Below are positions 16,413-24,972 of a stretch of DNA of 64,000 nt, piece after piece. Position 1 is the first letter of the stretch; the number at the start of each line of letters is the position of its first letter. The DNA is taken from the NCBI GenBank assembly GCA_038210825.1, contig JBBQWG010000042.1, positions 145 through 64,144 of the forward strand, in the 5' to 3' direction. This DNA is from Verrucomicrobiales bacterium. Its GTDB lineage: Bacteria > Verrucomicrobiota > Verrucomicrobiia > Verrucomicrobiales > V1-33. The position numbers and the translations under genes are program-made. The notes under the pieces are model-generated. The model worked only from the letters and a program-made list of their open reading frames with translations. It made no database searches and was not told the origin of the DNA.

Positions 16413-17443
16413 TTCGCCCATGCGGCGACCTGGGGGATGGCCGCATCAGGAAAGCCGGAATGGAGGGAACAGATGTCAGGATCAAGCTGGTCCACAGGCA
16501 TCAGGTGGCCCGCTTTCCAAACCGTCGTCCCGGGGTGCCATGGGCCGACCTTGCGGGGATCCGACCAGGTGTGGAGACTCAGCACGTGAGGTGTCAGGGC
16601 CGCCGCAATGTGCATGGGCCCGCTGTCCACACTGATGACCCCGCAGGCGCGGCGGATCAGCCAGATCAGTTCGGACAGGGTCGTCTGGTTGAGGAGATTG
16701 TGCGTGTTGGAAGGGAGCCCGGGGAGCGGGAGATCACTGCGGCCGACGAGAATCACCGGGAGTGGCGCCAATGCCTGACAAAGCGCGGCGGTTTGTGAGG
16801 TTGTCAGGGATTTTCCGGTGCCGCGGCTGAACGGGTGAAGGAGCAGGGGGGCCGGGTGGGGGGGAAGGGAAGGGTCATCGTTGAACGTTGAACATTGAAC
16901 GTTGAACGTTGAAGGATTCAGAGAGGCGGGGCAGGTGCCCTGCGGAAGAGGGAAGACTGTTGGCCCGTCAGCCCCAAGCGCCCGGGGCAACGCCAGGGAG
17001 CGGTCGATGGCGTGGGCGGCAGGATCGACGGGAATAAGGTGGGTGTGGAAAAAGCGGGCTCCTTCCCGGCTGTCGCTGAAGCCGATCCGGACCGGAGCCC
17101 GGCTGGCGCGGGCAGTCAGACCACTGCGGAGCAGGCCCTGGAAATCGAGAGCGATGTCCGGATGGAGGCTGGCGGGGAGCTGTTTCAGCCAGGCACAAAA
17201 GCGCCAGAGTCCGCCCATGCCCCGGAATTGCTCCCTGGGAAATGCCAGGACTCCCGCAAGATCGGGATTCCCCTCAAGCAGAGGGGCGAAAGCCGGATTG
17301 GCCAGCCATGTGAATTCAAGGTGGGGAAATTTCTGTTTCAACAAATGCACCGCTGGCAGCGTGTGAACGAGGTCGCCCAGCGAACTGGGCTTGATGACCA
17401 GCGCCCGCCGGGAGGAGCTGAAGTCAGGCAAAACGGAGGACAT
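16394..17443 (-). CDS. glycosyltransferase family 9 (LPS heptosyltransferase-like)
   Basis: RRALVIKPSSLGDLVHTLPAVHLLKQKFP...; C-terminal half LLLHPFSRGTGKSL...ISVDSGPMHIAAAL. It overlaps the mutY 3' end convergently by 19 nt. Confidence 0.9.
   Translation of the reverse strand: MSSVLPDFSSSRRALVIKPSSLGDLVHTLPAVHLLKQKFPHLEFTWLANPAFAPLLEGNPDLAGVLAFPREQFRGMGGLWRFCAWLKQLPASLHPDIALDFQGLLRSGLTARASRAPVRIGFSDSREGARFFHTHLIPVDPAAHAIDRSLALPRALGADGPTVFPLPQGTCPASLNPSTFNVQCSTFNDDPSLPPHPAPLLLHPFSRGTGKSLTTSQTAALCQALAPLPVILVGRSDLPLPGLPSNTHNLLNQTTLSELIWLIRRACGVISVDSGPMHIAAALTPHVLSLHTWSDPRKVGPWHPGTTVWKAGHLMPVDQLDPDICSLHSGFPDAAIPQVAAWANQLPSN
16879..16913 (-). repeat. heptanucleotide array (5 units; TTCAACG on the coding strand) inside the GT9 gene
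   Basis: The plus strand reads CGTTGAA CGTTGAA CATTGAA CGTTGAA CGTTGAA. The coding strand translates as PSTFNVQCSTFND, between the two GT-B halves. Confidence 0.9.
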
Positions 17444-17477
17444 GCAGAAAAACCAAATAAGGGGCCGCCAGGATCTA

Positions 17478-17587
17478 AACCGCGAATGGACGCGAAAAAA
17501 CGCGAATCGGTGCAGAGGCCTGCCAGGGACTCACCAGCGTTTTTCTTTAAACCTTGAATTCGCGTTCATTCGCGTTCATTCGCGGTT
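17478..17587. promoter_or_regulatory. 30-bp imperfect inverted repeat built from 10-bp-phased CGCGAA/TTCGCG hexamers
   Basis: Left arm AACCGCGAATGGACGCGAAAAAACGCGAAT (17478-17507). Right arm ATTCGCGTTCATTCGCGTTCATTCGCGGTT (17558-17587). 26 of 30 positions are complementary and the spacer is 50 nt. It lies between the phosphoesterase stop (17596) and the GT9 start (17443). Confidence 0.6.
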
Positions 17588-17595
17588 AAAACGGT

Positions 17596-18318
17596 TTATT
17601 TCCCCAGCGCCAGCCGCTCGGCCAGGGCATCGGGCAGCCCGGCAGCCCGGATTTTGCGCTGGGTGGTCTCGATGTCGTAGGGGAGGCGGCGGATGGAGAT
17701 TTCCTGGTTGTCGTGGTCGTAAATGGCGTAGGCGCAGCGCCAGTCGCCATCGCGGGGCTGGCCAACACTGCCGACGTTGATGAAATACTTCCGTCCGGGT
17801 TCGAGGCGGGTGTATTCGGTGTTCTCCACGGTAACAGTAGTGCCTTTTTTGTAGACCTTGGGGGTGTGGGTGTGGCCGAAAAAGCAAACCTGGGTGAATT
17901 GATAGGAAAAGCTGGCCATGGCGTCGAACTTGTTCATGACGTAAGCCCAGCTGGTAGGAGTATCGAGGGTGCTGTGGACGATGGTGAAGTCGCGCACCTG
18001 ACGCACCATGCGCAGAGAGCGCAGCCATGCCTTGTCTTCCTCGGACAGGGCGCGGCGGGTCCATTCCAGCGCGGCCTGGGCCAAGGGGTTGAGCCCGACG
18101 ATATCAGTGTCGGCAGAAGCCTCCTCGTCGTGATTGCCCTTGACGACGGGACAGCCCATTTCCTGAAGGCGGTGAACACATTCGGCGGGGTTGGCATTGT
18201 AGCCGACTACATCGCCAATACAGACATAATCGGTCGCACCCTGCTCGGAAGCATCAGCCATGACAGCATCAAAGGCTTCAAGGTTGGCGTGGATGTCGCC
18301 GAAGATCGCAAACTTCAT
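17596..18318 (-). CDS. metallophosphoesterase family protein
   Basis: MKFAIFGDIHAN, GDVVGYNANP, VKGNHDEE and FFGHTHTP, the canonical calcineurin-like phosphoesterase motifs. Confidence 0.9.
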   Translation of the reverse strand: MKFAIFGDIHANLEAFDAVMADASEQGATDYVCIGDVVGYNANPAECVHRLQEMGCPVVKGNHDEEASADTDIVGLNPLAQAALEWTRRALSEEDKAWLRSLRMVRQVRDFTIVHSTLDTPTSWAYVMNKFDAMASFSYQFTQVCFFGHTHTPKVYKKGTTVTVENTEYTRLEPGRKYFINVGSVGQPRDGDWRCAYAIYDHDNQEISIRRLPYDIETTQRKIRAAGLPDALAERLALGK

Positions 18319-18424
18319 CGGATGGGGCGCAAAAGGTTGACCGAATCGGCTGGAAACCGGCGGAATGCAAGAGTCGATTCCTTGGTTCTCCCGGCAGGGG
18401 AGACCCGGGCCGGTCAGGCAGTGG

Positions 18425-19030
18425 TCAGGCTTTGCGCTTGGCGGGTTTCGCCCCGGCCTTCACGGCGGTCTTCACCGCAGTCTTGGCAGCCGGTTTTGCC
18501 GGGGCAGGCTTGGCGACGGGTTTGGGCGGGGTTTTGACGGCGGCCACCGCTTTTAGCTCCTCCTTGGGAGCGGCAGCCGGTTTCGGCGCCTCTGTGGCGG
18601 GGTTGGGGACCGGGGCCGCGGGGGGTGCGGCGGCGGGTGCGGCGGCGGGTGCGGCGGCGGGGGCTGGAGCAGGGGCTTCAGCAGGGGCTGCAGCGGCGGC
18701 TTTGGCGGCAGGGCGGGCGGCCGCCTTGACGACGGGAGGTCCGGCGGCAATGCCGCGCTTCATCACCGCAAAAAGGCGCTGCACTTCCAGTTTTTTCTGG
18801 GGAGGAATCTGATTCCAGTGGGTGTCCGTCAGGGCACCTTCAATGGCATAAGCGGCGACGAGGGAAACCGGATGACCGGCCAGCAGCATGCGGCGGCAGA
18901 CTTCGATAGCACCGAGTTTGGCCATTTCGCTGCGGCTGCGGACGCCAGCGTCCACCAGCCACAGGGCGGTCTTTTCTCCAAGGTTCTTCAAGGCGGCGAG
19001 TTCGAGGACAACGGGATCGGTAGCGGACAT
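18425..19030 (-). CDS. TfoX C-terminal-domain protein fused to an Ala/Pro/Lys-rich histone-H1-like tail
   Basis: LKNLGEKTALWLVDAGVRSRSEMAKLGAIEVCRRML resembles the TfoX/Sxy C-terminal domain. Residues ~95-201 are low complexity (AAPAAAPAAAP..., KPVAKPAPAKPAAKTAVKTAVKAGAKPAKRKA). Confidence 0.7.
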   Translation of the reverse strand: MSATDPVVLELAALKNLGEKTALWLVDAGVRSRSEMAKLGAIEVCRRMLLAGHPVSLVAAYAIEGALTDTHWNQIPPQKKLEVQRLFAVMKRGIAAGPPVVKAAARPAAKAAAAAPAEAPAPAPAAAPAAAPAAAPPAAPVPNPATEAPKPAAAPKEELKAVAAVKTPPKPVAKPAPAKPAAKTAVKTAVKAGAKPAKRKA

Positions 19031-19264
19031 AAGGATGGCGGTGGCCGGACGAGGGCCTTTTATCGCCGATAGAAAAGCAGAGTATTCGGAAAATTTCAGC
19101 CACTATTTTGCAGGAATCTACGGAAGTGTTTCCGGCTGCGGCCGCTTTGCCGGCTTCCGGGCAGAATTGTTCCCTAAATTATGGCATGGATAGTGCTTAA
19201 ATTTCATGTGAATTTTGCAGGATTGGCCCCCGGGGCGTCCTGCAGCAGAATCGGGGGTTGCTGC

Positions 19265-19305
19265 AAAAAACTGTGCCCGGGCCGGGGAAACCTGCCCGGG
19301 CACAG
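19265..19305 (-). terminator. strong intrinsic terminator on the minus strand in a divergent intergenic region
   Basis: A perfect 12-bp stem CTGTGCCCGGGC (19271-19282) pairs with GCCCGGGCACAG (19294-19305). On the minus strand it is followed by T6 (plus-strand A-run 19265-19270). Confidence 0.6.
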
Positions 19306-19381
19306 CCTTGTCCATGCGCAGGCAGCGAACCATGGAAAATCGGATGCGCCCAGGGCAGGAAGCGGCACGTTTTCAGGCTTT

Positions 19382-19939
19382 ATGGGACTATCAATCACCA
19401 CCAAACGGGGCGATGCCGGGCAGACGGATCTATTATTCGGGGGCCGCGTGGGAAAAGCCCACCCGCGGCTGCACGCGGTGGGTGAAGTGGATGAACTGAA
19501 TGCCGTGCTGGGCATGGTGCGCGTTTACGTGCAGGAAGGGGAAATCCGGGAAATGGCGCGCCGGGCTCAATCTGACTTGGTGGCGCTGATGGGCATTCTC
19601 TCGGCCGGACCGGAAAATGCTGAACGATACGGAGGACAGGGATTTAAAGGACTTGAGGCGGAGGCCGTCCAGCGCCTGACGGCAGAATCCGCCGGGCTGG
19701 AGGCCCAGTTTCCCGGGGGATTCCATGGCTGGTCCATGCCGGGTGATGCCGGGGGGGCGGGAACGGCGTGGTTGGAAATGGCCCGCTGCATTTGCCGCCG
19801 GGCGGAGCGCGCGGTGGCCGCCCTTGCTGCCGCCGACACCCCGCCAAATCCGCACCTCATCCCGTGGCTGAACCGCTTGAGTGATTTGCTATGGTTGGCC
19901 GCCCGGGTCGAAGAGAAACGCCACACCCCACACGGCTGA
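19382..19939 (+). CDS. cob(I)yrinic acid a,c-diamide adenosyltransferase, PduO type
   Basis: MGLSITTKRGDAGQTDLLFGGRVGKAHPRLHAVGEVDELNAVLG is the characteristic PduO-type N-terminus. It is 185 aa from ATG 19382. Confidence 0.9.
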   Translation: MGLSITTKRGDAGQTDLLFGGRVGKAHPRLHAVGEVDELNAVLGMVRVYVQEGEIREMARRAQSDLVALMGILSAGPENAERYGGQGFKGLEAEAVQRLTAESAGLEAQFPGGFHGWSMPGDAGGAGTAWLEMARCICRRAERAVAALAAADTPPNPHLIPWLNRLSDLLWLAARVEEKRHTPHG

Positions 19940-20086
19940 AGCTTGCGGGGTCCTGCCGATCCAGTGAACTGAAGTCCTTCCCCAGCTCCCCATCACCCGG
20001 ATTCACCCTGGCGGGCAACGATTTCCCGTTTTCAGGCCCGGGCACTGCCTTTACACCGGACAGAATGTGTTCCACCATCCCGGTTC

Positions 20087-22012
20087 ATGGCTTTCCCTGA
20101 CTCTTTTTCTCCACCCGGAGAGGCGACGGCACCCGGATTTGACCGGGTGGCCGGGGACTTCACGGGCATGCCGCAGGACCTTCCCGCCCCCCAGGAACGG
20201 AAGCCGGTCGTTGCCTTTTGGCCTCCCGCTGCGGGCGGACCCGCAAGCCCGCAAGGGGAAGGGGAAGCACCGGAGGCCACCCGGACCAGGACGTCGCCCC
20301 CAGCCGCCGCATATCCGGAATTGCCAGGGGACCATGGGGCTGGCCGGCCTAACGATTGGCAGACCGGTTCCGCCCTGCCGCTCCCTTCCCTCCTGCCCGC
20401 CGAAACCGCCTTGAGTCTGCAGCAATGGTCGGCGGCTTTGGTGGGTGCTGCTGCGGCAGAACACGGACCGGTGCCCCCGGTTCGGCCGCCGGTGGTTCCC
20501 GGCCAAGGGGTATCCTTGGCGGCTCTCGCCGAGCATTTAAGGGCTCGCCTGGTGCATGGCGACCCCAAATCGCCCGGAGCAATAGACTTTTGGCAGCCCG
20601 ACCCCCAGGGTCCTGGTGAGGCAGCCCCTTCCAACAGTCTGCTGGAAGGCATGGATTGGGACACGATCCGCCCCACGAGCGTGGAGCCAGCCGGCGATGA
20701 TACCCCCGGCCAGCCGGCATCATCGGCTGCAACCGATGCGGCCCGGACCAGGCTGGGGGAAGGGGAGGGATCCCCGGTGGCCGCCGTGTCTTCACCTGCC
20801 GGAATCCGGGCCGCGGCAGGACTGCTGGCCCATCCTCCGAAATCCCTGGCCGAGCCGCGCCAGGGGGACGTGTTTTTCCTCGATCATCCCGTGGCGGCCC
20901 AGCCACCGGCGGTGACCTCCGGGCTGGAACCGGAAGATTTTCTTCTCCTCCCCACTGCCGCACAGACTCCGATGCCATCCCCTAACACCCCCCGGGCCAT
21001 GGCTTTGGCCGGACCGGCAGGAAGCGTGGAAAGACTGCCTGACAGGGGGGAATTGCCGGTTCCGGCAGTTGCCGAAGCCCCCGCCTCATCGCAGCCCCCT
21101 CCTTTGCCCGCGCTCAAACCGGTTTTGCCCACGGCCACCGCCGACCCCGGGTCGGGCGGCACCGGTCTGGTGATCGGCGGCACCGGGTTGGTTTTGTTAG
21201 GGATTTATCTCGCTTGCCGCCTGCCGCTGATCTGGCTGGATTACCGGGCGGCGGTGGATTGGCCTCAGCAACTGGCGGCCTCCTCCCTGCTGTTGCATGC
21301 GGGGGGCAGCGGAGTGGCCCTGCTCGCGGGGGTGGGTTCCCTTTATCTGCAGCGCTGGGCTGTGACCCTGGTGCTGGCGGCGGGTTGGCTCAGTGTCTTC
21401 ACTGCGGCTCTGCTGATCGGCATCGCGGCATTTTTGCTGGGATCGGATACTCCGGTCCACTTTCATCCCGCCTCTGCCGTCCTGCTCCTCGGCGGTCTTT
21501 TGGTGCCTCTGGCGTATTTGCTATATTATGAAAAACAATCGCCCGGGCTCAGTCCGGGAACGCCGGTTCCACCCGATGAATGGGGGCGCAGCGTTCCTTT
21601 GCTGATGCTGGTCCTGACCGGCCTTGCGCTGGCCATGGGCGCGGCCGCCATGCTCCAGCATACCCCTGCCCTGCCATGGCCGGACGGCCGGGTCATCACC
21701 GGTCCGCCGGCGGAAGCGGCTTGGACCGCCCTTCTGGTGGCAGGGGGAATCACCGCCTTTTCTGCCTGGCACCGCCGGCCCGTGGCGTGGTGGCTGCTTC
21801 TCCTTGCCACGGGCGGACTCTGCGCCACCCTCAGCGTCTCCAGCCTTTCCGGCACCCCCCCGTGGGAATCCTTCCTCACCGCCATGGGACGCCCGGACGG
21901 TGCCGGCCTGCCTGACCCCTTCTGGCGGGTGTCGGCCGGCCTGGCCCCCCTGATCCCTGCGCTGGTGCTGTTGATGACCCGACGCTCCCTTGCCTCTTCC
22001 CCTCCCCCCTGA
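20087..22012 (+). CDS. hypothetical protein: Pro-rich disordered N-terminal half plus polytopic membrane C-terminal half
   Basis: 641-aa ORF. Residues ~1-370 are P/A/G-rich. Residues ~375-640 contain about 8 hydrophobic helices. The stop TGA (22010-22012) overlaps the psd ATG (22012) by 1 nt. The start is uncertain. Confidence 0.6.
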   Translation: MAFPDSFSPPGEATAPGFDRVAGDFTGMPQDLPAPQERKPVVAFWPPAAGGPASPQGEGEAPEATRTRTSPPAAAYPELPGDHGAGRPNDWQTGSALPLPSLLPAETALSLQQWSAALVGAAAAEHGPVPPVRPPVVPGQGVSLAALAEHLRARLVHGDPKSPGAIDFWQPDPQGPGEAAPSNSLLEGMDWDTIRPTSVEPAGDDTPGQPASSAATDAARTRLGEGEGSPVAAVSSPAGIRAAAGLLAHPPKSLAEPRQGDVFFLDHPVAAQPPAVTSGLEPEDFLLLPTAAQTPMPSPNTPRAMALAGPAGSVERLPDRGELPVPAVAEAPASSQPPPLPALKPVLPTATADPGSGGTGLVIGGTGLVLLGIYLACRLPLIWLDYRAAVDWPQQLAASSLLLHAGGSGVALLAGVGSLYLQRWAVTLVLAAGWLSVFTAALLIGIAAFLLGSDTPVHFHPASAVLLLGGLLVPLAYLLYYEKQSPGLSPGTPVPPDEWGRSVPLLMLVLTGLALAMGAAAMLQHTPALPWPDGRVITGPPAEAAWTALLVAGGITAFSAWHRRPVAWWLLLLATGGLCATLSVSSLSGTPPWESFLTAMGRPDGAGLPDPFWRVSAGLAPLIPALVLLMTRRSLASSPPP

Positions 22013-22911
22013 TGCCCTCCGACCCTATCCAATTTTTCGACCGCTACACCCAATCAATTGGGCAGGAGCAGATCTACGGCGAACGTTTCCTCCGCCTCGC
22101 CTATCAAACCCCGCCCGGCCGCCTCGCCGTCGCCTGGGCCATCAAACGCGCCTGGTTTTCCCGCTGGTATGGGGCCCGCATGGACCGCTGGAAAAGTTCA
22201 GTCCGGGTCCGCCCGTTCATCGAAAAATACGGACTCAACCCGGACGATTTCACCCAACCGCTCGGCAAATACCATACCTTCAACGAATTTTTCTACCGCA
22301 AGCTCAAGCCGGAAGCCCGGCCCATTGATCCGAATCCCAAATCGGTCGTCTTCCCGGCAGACGGTCGGCATCTCGGCTTTGCCAAAGCCTCGGCCATCGA
22401 CTCCGTTTTTGTCAAAGGCCAGCGGTTTGACCTGCCGGCGCTGCTCGGCAACAAGGAACTGGCGGAGCGGTATGCCGATGGCCCGCTCATCCTGAGCCGC
22501 CTCTGTCCGGTGGACTACCACCGCTTCCACTTTGTCACGGCCGGCACACCGGTTTCCCCCAAGCTGATCAATGGCCTGCTCTACTCCGTCAGCCCCATCG
22601 CCCTGCGGCGCAATCTGGGCTACCTCTGGCAAAACAAACGGGTCGTCACCGTAGTCCGCACGGCCCACCTGGGGGAAGTGCTCCAGATCGAGATCGGGGC
22701 CACCAATGTAGGCACCATCGTGCAGACCGCCATTCCCTATCAACCCGCTGCCAAGGGCAGCGAAAAGGGTTATTTCCGTTTTGGCGGCTCCAGCACCATC
22801 ACCCTCTTCGAACCCGGCAAAATCACCCTCGATGACGACCTGCTGCACCACAGCAGCGAACAGCGCGAACTTTATGCCCACGTGGGCGACCACATGGGCA
22901 TCACCGTCTGA
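22012..22911 (+). CDS. psd: phosphatidylserine decarboxylase proenzyme
   Basis: LSRLCPVDYHRFHF, and the self-cleavage region GYFRFGGSSTITLF (G-S-[ST] motif) near the C-terminus. Confidence 0.9.
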   Translation: MPSDPIQFFDRYTQSIGQEQIYGERFLRLAYQTPPGRLAVAWAIKRAWFSRWYGARMDRWKSSVRVRPFIEKYGLNPDDFTQPLGKYHTFNEFFYRKLKPEARPIDPNPKSVVFPADGRHLGFAKASAIDSVFVKGQRFDLPALLGNKELAERYADGPLILSRLCPVDYHRFHFVTAGTPVSPKLINGLLYSVSPIALRRNLGYLWQNKRVVTVVRTAHLGEVLQIEIGATNVGTIVQTAIPYQPAAKGSEKGYFRFGGSSTITLFEPGKITLDDDLLHHSSEQRELYAHVGDHMGITV

Positions 22912-23018
22912 GGCTCCAGGCCATTCCGGACCCTGTTTCCGGCATCCGGATGCTGTTTGTCTGCATCCTGTGACGGGGCATCCGCGTTGCACATGGGGCT
23001 GCCCGTTTTCTCCATTAA

Positions 23019-23633
23019 ATGAATGCCCTCTTTCTCCGACTGATCCCCGTGGCGGCTGCGCTCGCCCTCAGCGCCTGCGCCTCCACTCCCGCTCCCACCA
23101 CCGCTTCCGCCCCGTCCCCTGCCGCCATGGCTTCGCCATCTCCACTCCGCACCGTTCCCAAGGTAGACCTTCCCCGTTTCATGGGCGATTGGCGGGTCAT
23201 CGCCAACATCCCGTATTTTGCGGAGCGGGGCAATGTGGACTCCGTGGAATCCTATCAACTTCGCCCCGATGGCAGGATCGACAACGGCTTCGCCTTCCGG
23301 AAGGAATCCTTCGACGCCCCGCTGAAGAAAATGAACTTCACGGCCGAAGTAAAAAACAAGGAAACCAATGCAGAATGGCGCGTCCGCTTTCTGCCCTTGC
23401 TCAAGGTGGCCTATCTGGTGATCGACCTTGACCCGGACTATCAATGGACTGTCATCGGTCATCCATCGCGAAAATATGGCTGGATCATGGCCCGCGGAAA
23501 AACCCTTCCCGAAGCGACCTGGCAGGGCATTCTGGAGCGCCTGGAACAGCAGGGATATGATCCGGAAAAGTTTGCCAAAGTTCCCCAAACCCGGGAGCAA
23601 CTCGCCAGCGGGGAGGTCAAAATCGCCCGCTGA
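23019..23633 (+). CDS. blc: lipocalin family outer-membrane lipoprotein (Blc-like)
   Basis: Lipobox LALSAC; VDLPRFMGDWRVIANIPYFAERG (lipocalin SCR1 G-x-W); DPDYQWTVIGHPSRKYGWIMAR. Confidence 0.85.
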   Translation: MNALFLRLIPVAAALALSACASTPAPTTASAPSPAAMASPSPLRTVPKVDLPRFMGDWRVIANIPYFAERGNVDSVESYQLRPDGRIDNGFAFRKESFDAPLKKMNFTAEVKNKETNAEWRVRFLPLLKVAYLVIDLDPDYQWTVIGHPSRKYGWIMARGKTLPEATWQGILERLEQQGYDPEKFAKVPQTREQLASGEVKIAR

Positions 23634-23758
23634 CGGCCGGGAGCCCCCCCGCACAAGGCCCTAATTTCGCCGTTTGGCAAATCATAAAACACAGCTTATA
23701 GACCCGCCGCCGAACCTCCAGCCCCTCTGTTTTCCGCGTCTTTCCCTTACCCGTCCCC

Positions 23759-24727
23759 ATGTCCGAGCACCGCACCTACCGCCGCGCCTCCCTGCTGACC
23801 CGCGCGGGAATCACCGTCCGTCAGTGGTTCGATTCCGACCATTTCCCCGGTGGCTCCGAAGCCACCCGCTCCAAACCGGACCGGTTTGAGTGGCGGCGTT
23901 CCCTTCCCTTTGTCTTTCTACACCTCGGCTGCCTTGGCGTCATCTGGACTGGCTGGAGCTGGACCGCGGTTGCGGTGGCGGCCTTTCTTTATGTCTTCCG
24001 CATGTTCGCCATCACCGGATTCTATCACCGGTATTTTTCCCACCGCACTTTCCAGACCTCGCGGTTTATGCAGTTTATTCTGGCCTGCTGGGGGAATCTC
24101 TCCGTTCAGCGTGGGGCCCTTTGGTGGGCCAGCACCCACCGCCATCACCATAAACACAGCGATACGCCCGAAGACCCGCACTCCGCTTTGATCTATGGAT
24201 TTGTCTGGAGCCACATCGGCTGGATGACCAGCAGCAAGAACTTCCCCACCGACTACCGCGCCGTCAAAGACCTCGCCAAATATCCCGAACTGGTTTTCCT
24301 GAACCGCTTCGATCTCATCATCCCTGCCCTCCTGGGCATCACTCTCTACATCACCGGCTGGCTCCTGGAAAAATTTGCGCCTGGCCTCGGGACTAGCGGC
24401 GGACAACTTTTCGTCTGGGGCTTTTTTGTCAGCACGGTCTTCCTGCTTCACGGCACGCTCTTTATCAACAGCCTCGCCCATGTGTGGGGCAAACAGCGCT
24501 TCAAAACCACCGACCAGAGCCGCAACAATTTCTGGCTGGCCCTCATCACCCTGGGCGAAGGCTGGCACAACAACCACCACCGCTACATGGGCAGCACCCG
24601 TCAGGGATTTTACTGGTGGGAAATCGATCTCACCTACTACGGCCTCAAACTCATGGCCAAACTCGGTTTGATCTGGGACTTGAAACCCGTGCCCCGCTCC
24701 GTCTATGGCGAAGCGCACCAGCACTGA
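23759..24727 (+). CDS. acyl-CoA (delta-9-type) fatty acid desaturase
   Basis: Three His boxes are present: HRYFSH, HRHHHKHSD and HNNHHRY. TM helices lie between them. Confidence 0.93.
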   Translation: MSEHRTYRRASLLTRAGITVRQWFDSDHFPGGSEATRSKPDRFEWRRSLPFVFLHLGCLGVIWTGWSWTAVAVAAFLYVFRMFAITGFYHRYFSHRTFQTSRFMQFILACWGNLSVQRGALWWASTHRHHHKHSDTPEDPHSALIYGFVWSHIGWMTSSKNFPTDYRAVKDLAKYPELVFLNRFDLIIPALLGITLYITGWLLEKFAPGLGTSGGQLFVWGFFVSTVFLLHGTLFINSLAHVWGKQRFKTTDQSRNNFWLALITLGEGWHNNHHRYMGSTRQGFYWWEIDLTYYGLKLMAKLGLIWDLKPVPRSVYGEAHQH

Positions 24728-24781
24728 CCGCAGCAAGGCCCCTCCCGGCCCTGCTCAATGCTCCGCGCCCCCTTCCCCACA

Positions 24782-24814
24782 GCCTGCTCCCCGCAAAGGA
24801 GCAGGCCTTTTTTT
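24782..24814 (+). terminator. rho-independent terminator after the desaturase gene
   Basis: GCCTGCTCC (24782-24790), 7-nt loop, GGAGCAGGC (24798-24806), then C and T7 (24808-24814). Confidence 0.8.
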
Positions 24815-24972
24815 GCCCGCGCTCCCCATCCAAACCCTCCCCTCCCCCGTAGCAAAAACACCCCCCCACGTTTTCTTAAAACCTGAGCCGGAGCGCAGCG
24901 GAGACAGACGTGCCAATTCCTTCAACCAATCGAGTCGAATACTGACATCCTGAAAACCTTCCACGCCTTACC

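Noticed and set aside
19100-19381. Cobalamin riboswitch upstream of the PduO-type adenosyltransferase (and upstream of hupE/ureJ at 37087-37215)
   Set aside because: I could not find the B12-box (GCCACTG-like) or the conserved GGGAA/GGTG core in either region. The hupE leader is also too short before the tRNA gene. A covariance-model scan would be needed to revisit this.
20032-20676. 214-aa minus-strand ORF opposite the Pro-rich N-terminal half of the 20087-22012 ORF
   Set aside because: Both strands are open here because of extreme GC and Pro/Gly/Ala codon content. The plus-strand ORF continues into a convincing polytopic membrane domain and is coupled to psd, so the minus ORF is treated as a shadow.
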